A DNA stretch of 20,000 nt from an uncultured virus (IMG/VR IMGVR_UViG_3300000117_000017). Lineage: Duplodnaviria > Heunggongvirae > Uroviricota > Caudoviricetes. Shown here in pieces: positions 16,344-20,000 of this stretch. The position numbers were made by a program, and so were the translations under genes. The stretch lies in IMG/VR virus record IMGVR_UViG_3300000117_000017; one strand, given 5' to 3'. The notes below the pieces were generated by a model. It saw only the letters and a program-made list of their open reading frames with translations. It was not told where the DNA came from and did not search any database. Position 1 is the stretch's first letter. The number at the start of each line of letters is the position of its first letter.

Positions 16344-16605
16344 GGTGAGATTCTGTTTCCACGCTCTCACCGGGCGCATAAGAATTAAGCAGCTTGCGCT
16401 AACTCTTGAGGTGCAAAATTATCGTTTGCATTTAGTATATTGTTCGCATTAACCGAGCTTACATCCGGATAACTCCACATCGTTATTGTACCTGTCGATC
16501 CTATTTCAGCCCCATCAGAAATACTCGATAATAGTATTTTTGGTGGAGCTGTCGGGTACTGCCCCCGAGTCCAGTGAACTTTTCACTTTGTTTCATCGTT
16601 ATATA
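16344..16605 (-). ncRNA. ssrA: Circularly permuted (two-piece) tmRNA, alphaproteobacterial type
   Basis: Minus strand: acceptor piece ending TCGGG-GGCAGTA-CCCGA-CAGCTCC-A-CCA (CCA ends 16541); 27-nt intervening hairpin; coding piece starting GGGGCTGAAATAGGATCGAC (16513), giving a G3-U70 pair; tag ANDNFAPQELAQAA* at 16429-16385; outer ends approximate. Confidence 0.95.
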
Positions 16606-16611
16606 GTATAT

Positions 16612-16640
16612 ATTATACCACAGAATTCGCCGTTTGTAAA
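16612..16640 (-). promoter_or_regulatory. Sigma70-type early promoter (repeat copy 5) driving the tmRNA
   Basis: TTTACA-17 nt-TATAAT with TGTGG extension. Confidence 0.85.
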
Positions 16641-16649
16641 GGATTATTT

Positions 16650-16657
16650 TATAAATA
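16650..16657 (+). promoter_or_regulatory. T4-type late promoter TATAAATA
   Basis: Exact motif 22 nt upstream of ATG 16680, with a GAGGAG RBS between. Confidence 0.8.
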
Positions 16658-16679
16658 GTACTGAAGAAGAGGAGTTATT

Positions 16680-17159
16680 ATGCCAGTAGCAGAAATACTA
16701 GCGGGTATCGCATTGGTGAAGTCAAGTGTAGATTTCATTAAGTCTAACATTGATACCTGTAAAGACATCGGAGAGTTAGGTAGTCACATTGACGCATTAT
16801 TTCGTGGTAAAGACGAAGTCAATAAGAAGTCGAATAAGCGTGGTTTAGGAGTCAAAGAACAGTTTGACACGGCACATATCGCAAGAGAAACGATTGACGC
16901 AAGACTTGCGGCGGAACAACTACAAGAAATTTCAACACTCATTAATCTACGATTTGGACCGGGTACATGGCAAGGAATTGTTGATGAACGCGCAAGGCGA
17001 ATACAAGAACAGAAAGAAGCCGAGAAACAAGCGCGTATCGATAAGCGTAAAGCCGATGCCGAAACATGGGCCGACATTAAGATGGTACTCATGGTTATGG
17101 GTGCGGCGGTCGGTGGAGTTGCGGCAGTCTTTGGTGCGATCTATTATAGTAATCAATGA
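16680..17159 (+). CDS. Hypothetical coiled-coil protein with C-terminal transmembrane helix
   Basis: 159 aa, strong RBS, late promoter. Confidence 0.8.
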   Translation: MPVAEILAGIALVKSSVDFIKSNIDTCKDIGELGSHIDALFRGKDEVNKKSNKRGLGVKEQFDTAHIARETIDARLAAEQLQEISTLINLRFGPGTWQGIVDERARRIQEQKEAEKQARIDKRKADAETWADIKMVLMVMGAAVGGVAAVFGAIYYSNQ

Positions 17160-17485
17160 TAAAGTTTTTTCTTATCTTTTGCGTTATAGTATCTACGGCA
17201 CTTGCGGGTGCTAAGACGGTCGGTACAAAGAAAGACTATACTCGTCAACAGAAGATACAACGTGGTACTATCGTTGAAAAGAAGTACACCACATGTAGAT
17301 TAAAGAAGATCATACAATCAAGAAGTGGTGAACAGGCGTGTATATATCAGGGTGGTAATAAAACATATGAGTTGATGTTTGACAACAATTGTCCAAAACA
17401 ATTCAAGTGTGTATACAATCCAAATAGTAAAGAACCAAACATCGATAATGTGATGGATAGTTTAAATTCAATAGGTAAAAAGTAG
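17156..17485 (+). CDS. Secreted hypothetical protein with four Cys in the mature part
   Basis: Signal-peptide-like N-terminus; ATGA overlap. Confidence 0.75.
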   Translation: MIKFFLIFCVIVSTALAGAKTVGTKKDYTRQQKIQRGTIVEKKYTTCRLKKIIQSRSGEQACIYQGGNKTYELMFDNNCPKQFKCVYNPNSKEPNIDNVMDSLNSIGKK

Positions 17486-17493
17486 GAGCTGAT

Positions 17494-17637
17494 ATGTTAG
17501 GTGAATCAAATGTAGGTGAAGAGAGAAAGTGTAGATATTGCGGACATCGATGTCACTGTTATTCAAGTGGATGTCCCGAGTGTATGAATGACGTGTGTCA
17601 GAAATGCGAATGTGGTAAAGATGATATTCAAACATGA
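17494..17637 (+). CDS. Cys-rich metallothionein-like peptide (47 aa)
   Basis: Read manually: MLGESNVGEERKCRYCGHRCHCYSSGCPECMNDVCQKCECGKDDIQT; AGGAG RBS; 9 Cys and 2 His. Confidence 0.7.
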   Translation: MLGESNVGEERKCRYCGHRCHCYSSGCPECMNDVCQKCECGKDDIQT

Positions 17638-17902
17638 GAATATGATACTAGATATGACGATATCGTCTAAGTCTAAATTATATAAAAATGATAAGTTAGT
17701 GTTCATGGGTGATGGTTATAAAGCCATCACAATAATGTTAAATAATAGTAAGAATAATGCTCCAGTGAAAGATAAGTTTTGGGCTCAACTCTCTACAAGA
17801 GAGAAGCCAAAATTTGATAAATCAGAAGATGCTCTTGAAAAACTCAGAAGAGAAGCTCAAGCCTCGATAGTTAAAACAGAAACTAAGAAGAAACGAAGAT
17901 GA
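17621..17902 (+). CDS. Hypothetical protein
   Basis: ORF track 17588..17902; ATG at 17621 preferred because it reduces overlap with the Cys-rich ORF. Confidence 0.65.
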   Translation: MIFKHENMILDMTISSKSKLYKNDKLVFMGDGYKAITIMLNNSKNNAPVKDKFWAQLSTREKPKFDKSEDALEKLRREAQASIVKTETKKKRR

Positions 17903-18117
17903 TACACGCATTTTTATTAATGGTATATTTAGGTTCTCGTGTAGAGAGTCAAGATATGTATTTTGCTGACATTGATCGATGTAAGTACTTTGCTGAAAGA
18001 TTAAACAATCAACCTGGTGTTCCAAATAGAGTCGCACAAGAAGATGCGCCTAAGTTCCTATCATATACGGCGATATGCGTACCTAAGCGCATCGGTAAGA
18101 ATACTAAAGTTTATTAA
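17899..18117 (+). CDS. Small hypothetical protein (hydrophobic N-terminus, two Cys)
   Basis: 72 aa, ATGA overlap. Confidence 0.7.
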   Translation: MIHAFLLMVYLGSRVESQDMYFADIDRCKYFAERLNNQPGVPNRVAQEDAPKFLSYTAICVPKRIGKNTKVY

Positions 18118-18215
18118 GCTGCTTTTAATAATAGACGATAGTTCAGTATCTTATGAACTAAAGCACGTTTACGAGCCTTAACAAACATCTTCCATTGAAA
18201 TGGTCTGTAAGTCAT
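18114..18215 (-). CDS. 33-aa basic peptide downstream of the riboswitch (MTYRPFQWKMFVKARKRALVHKILNYRLLLKAA)
   Basis: Read manually; GGGAGG RBS; lies directly 3' of the glnA-like RNA. Confidence 0.7.
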   Translation of the reverse strand: MTYRPFQWKMFVKARKRALVHKILNYRLLLKAA

Positions 18216-18247
18216 TTTGCCACCCTCCCTAGTTAATAGTTAGAGTG

Positions 18248-18291
18248 CGTTCCTTCAGCGATTGCTTACTTCCGCCCTTTACGGGTGAACG
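18248..18291 (-). ncRNA. Glutamine riboswitch (glnA motif / glutamine-I-like)
   Basis: Minus strand CGTTCA-CCCGTAAAGGG-CGGAAGTA-AGCAATCGCT-GAAGGAACG: P1 CGTTC/GAACG, P2 hairpin, E-loop AGTA/GAA, P3 hairpin. Confidence 0.8.
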
Positions 18292-18304
18292 TTTAATGTA
18301 ATAC

Positions 18305-18312
18305 TATTTATA
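18305..18312 (-). promoter_or_regulatory. T4-type late promoter TATAAATA
   Basis: Exact motif 13 nt upstream of the riboswitch P1. Confidence 0.75.
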
Positions 18313-18314
18313 CA

Positions 18315-18662
18315 CTAATCGGTGTTATATCTATATTCTCTATCAGAATCAACACTTGCATATTTATCGAATTCATCCATATCATGGACATACAACTGAA
18401 TGATAGCATAGTGTAGCACCTTCAGTAAATCTTTACGAGCATCTTTACTCGTACCTTTTTTACCATATCTTTGAGCATACTTCATAATGTTACCGATACA
18501 GAAACCTGTACCGTGGCCACCGTCAATTATAAATTCTGTAGCCTGAAAGTGCTGTCTTGAATAATGACCAGTATAAGTTGAGTCAATTACTCTTAGCAAC
18601 TCTTCAACATAATCTTTTTCATTAAATTTATATTCACCTTTCGGTTCTTTAGTTTTATTCAT
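18315..18662 (-). CDS. DUF3310-like protein (T7 gp1.7 nucleotide-kinase-related)
   Basis: HY…QATEFI…GFCIGNIMKYAQRYGKK…DLLKVLHY pattern. Confidence 0.75.
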   Translation of the reverse strand: MNKTKEPKGEYKFNEKDYVEELLRVIDSTYTGHYSRQHFQATEFIIDGGHGTGFCIGNIMKYAQRYGKKGTSKDARKDLLKVLHYAIIQLYVHDMDEFDKYASVDSDREYRYNTD

Positions 18663-19029
18663 GCTCGCCTCCAGGGTCGTTAGGGTCTAATTCAATCTTT
18701 TGTAGTCTTCCATTACCGGATAAGTACATTACTTGTCTTGATCTACTCGATGTATGATAACCGTTCTTTAAGAAGAATTGTGGTTTTCTTTTTGCAGTTT
18801 CAAATGCAGCGACTGTAACTGTTATTGCAGCTAAGATAAAAATATGTGCTATAGCCGTGATACCGAATATCCACATACTACTAAAGTACATTGAAAACAT
18901 AATACACCACATCCAAGCGAGCACTTGCATTATCATATGTCTTGTATTTAAGTGCGGTATATTCTTCAAAGGATTTCTATCATGATCCATGACTGAATTC
19001 CAACTATCATATACGAATTTACTCACCAT
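18655..19029 (-). CDS. Conserved hypothetical membrane protein
   Basis: 124 aa, two TM segments, NPLKNIP…RHMIMQVLAWMWC and DPGGEHE motifs. Confidence 0.75.
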   Translation of the reverse strand: MVSKFVYDSWNSVMDHDRNPLKNIPHLNTRHMIMQVLAWMWCIMFSMYFSSMWIFGITAIAHIFILAAITVTVAAFETAKRKPQFFLKNGYHTSSRSRQVMYLSGNGRLQKIELDPNDPGGEHE

Positions 19030-19180
19030 CGTCTTTAGACCTTTTATTATCTCTTACAATTACTTTAATTGAAAATGGATTTGGATCTTCTTCATCGCAC
19101 CAATCACATGGTACACCCTTCTGAAATCCCATTATATCTCTTTTCACACAACAGTAGTGTTCCCACCATTCTTCTTCCAT
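19019..19180 (-). CDS. Small Cys/His-containing protein (53 aa, MEEEWWEHYCCVKRDIMGFQKGVPCDWC...)
   Basis: Read manually; TAATG overlap with the hydrolase stop; HxC…CxxC possible Zn site. Confidence 0.65.
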   Translation of the reverse strand: MEEEWWEHYCCVKRDIMGFQKGVPCDWCDEEDPNPFSIKVIVRDNKRSKDDGE

Positions 19181-19731
19181 TATTTTTCCCATCTATAGAA
19201 AATATGATTAGCTATTATTAGAGTTTTAGTTTTTTGTTTACGCCATGATGGAAATACATAGTCGGCATGGTAATGTGTTGCACCATAAGTTATATCATCT
19301 TTATATTGACCAAAGAATATCGTTCTAGCTATTTGAAGTGCAACATCATAAACTTCTCTATCATATATAGGAATATCATCGCTTTTACCATCACAAAACC
19401 AGCTGAATTGACATCTGTTTTTAACCGGAAAGTATTTTGTTTTGTCTTTCCATGATGGTCTAGTAGGACCTTGTTGTATAACTTCACAATAAGTATTAGG
19501 ATAACGATCATCGCTAACACGGTTATCAACAACAAATGCAACCGCAAACATACCTTTAACTGGCTGGTTGCGTGCTTCCCAATAGATGTTATCGGCTAAA
19601 CATACAATCTGTTGGTGTGCGGTACCTTCATATTTCGATGCTGCATATGATTGTGGACTACAGAATGATAGTCCTATAAATCCTATAGTACCTGCAATAA
19701 ATGCTTTCATGGCATTGATATTGTTAAGCAT
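19180..19731 (-). CDS. Cell wall hydrolase, SleB/Hydrolase_2 family
   Basis: CLADNIYWEARNQ (catalytic Glu), VDNRV, CQFSWFCDGK, GATHYHADYV and NHIFY motifs; N-terminal signal/TM. Confidence 0.92.
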   Translation of the reverse strand: MLNNINAMKAFIAGTIGFIGLSFCSPQSYAASKYEGTAHQQIVCLADNIYWEARNQPVKGMFAVAFVVDNRVSDDRYPNTYCEVIQQGPTRPSWKDKTKYFPVKNRCQFSWFCDGKSDDIPIYDREVYDVALQIARTIFFGQYKDDITYGATHYHADYVFPSWRKQKTKTLIIANHIFYRWEK

Positions 19732-19912
19732 ACCAGTATAACTCTACTTCATCGGCAATTTGATCTTTGTCCAACCAGTTGAACTCTCTGTTTCTCATGA
19801 TCTCGACATGTTCTTTGGCTTGAGATAACGAATCAGCATCCTTAACGATATGCTCTGCGTTACTGTAAAACTCGTCCATTGAATCCATAACTAAACTTTT
19901 AACTTTTGCCAT
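19724..19912 (-). CDS. Hypothetical early protein
   Basis: 62 aa, AGGGAG RBS, after an early promoter. Confidence 0.75.
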   Translation of the reverse strand: MAKVKSLVMDSMDEFYSNAEHIVKDADSLSQAKEHVEIMRNREFNWLDKDQIADEVELYWYA

Positions 19913-19945
19913 AATATCTAACTCCCTTTTAATTATTATAGATCT

Positions 19946-19974
19946 ATTATACTACATTTTTCAGCAAATGTAAA
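19946..19974 (-). promoter_or_regulatory. Sigma70-type early promoter (repeat copy 6)
   Basis: TTTACA-17 nt-TATAAT; flanks nearly identical to copy 1. Confidence 0.85.
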
Positions 19975-20000
19975 GGAAAAAATGCACTTTATGCACATTT

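Noticed and set aside
16486..16689. 67-aa plus-strand ORF, and a possible tRNA-Ala or att-site at 16541-16575
   Set aside because: The region is the tmRNA acceptor piece and its promoter; there is no anticodon arm and no integrase nearby
15881..19547. ORFs 15881..16108, 16784..17092, 16864..17214, 16947..17156, 17822..18037, 19267..19455 and 19329..19547
   Set aside because: Overlap better-supported, translationally coupled genes in antisense or alternative frames

Overview
AT-rich, gene-dense segment of a T4-like (myovirus-type) bacteriophage genome, probably marine and probably infecting an alphaproteobacterium. The phage assignment rests on T4-type late promoters (TATAAATA), repeated sigma70-type early promoters and typical gene families. 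The host inference rests on the tmRNA type. Layout: (i) 1-5616, a late minus-strand operon whose proteins mostly start with a T4 internal-protein-like leader. It includes a PD-(D/E)XK-like protein, a KxDG ligase-like protein and a HIGH-family nucleotidyltransferase. (ii) 5674-9650, a single-repeat Na+/Pi cotransporter, a glycine-zipper protein, a DUF932 protein and small ORFs in promoter-repeat cassettes. (iii) 9672-11880, a kinase-like gene, a gene with a probable ATA start, and a poorly coding strand-switch region. (iv) 12082-15705, a convergent cassette of radical SAM, three Fe(II)/2OG-oxygenase-like genes, a GNAT-like gene and a fatty acid desaturase. (v) ~16344-16605, a circularly permuted two-piece tmRNA gene (tag ANDNFAPQELAQAA). 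(vi) 16680-20000, small late genes including a Cys-rich peptide, a glnA-type glutamine riboswitch ahead of a 33-aa ORF, a DUF3310-like gene and a SleB-like hydrolase. All family calls come from motif recognition by eye; no searches were run.
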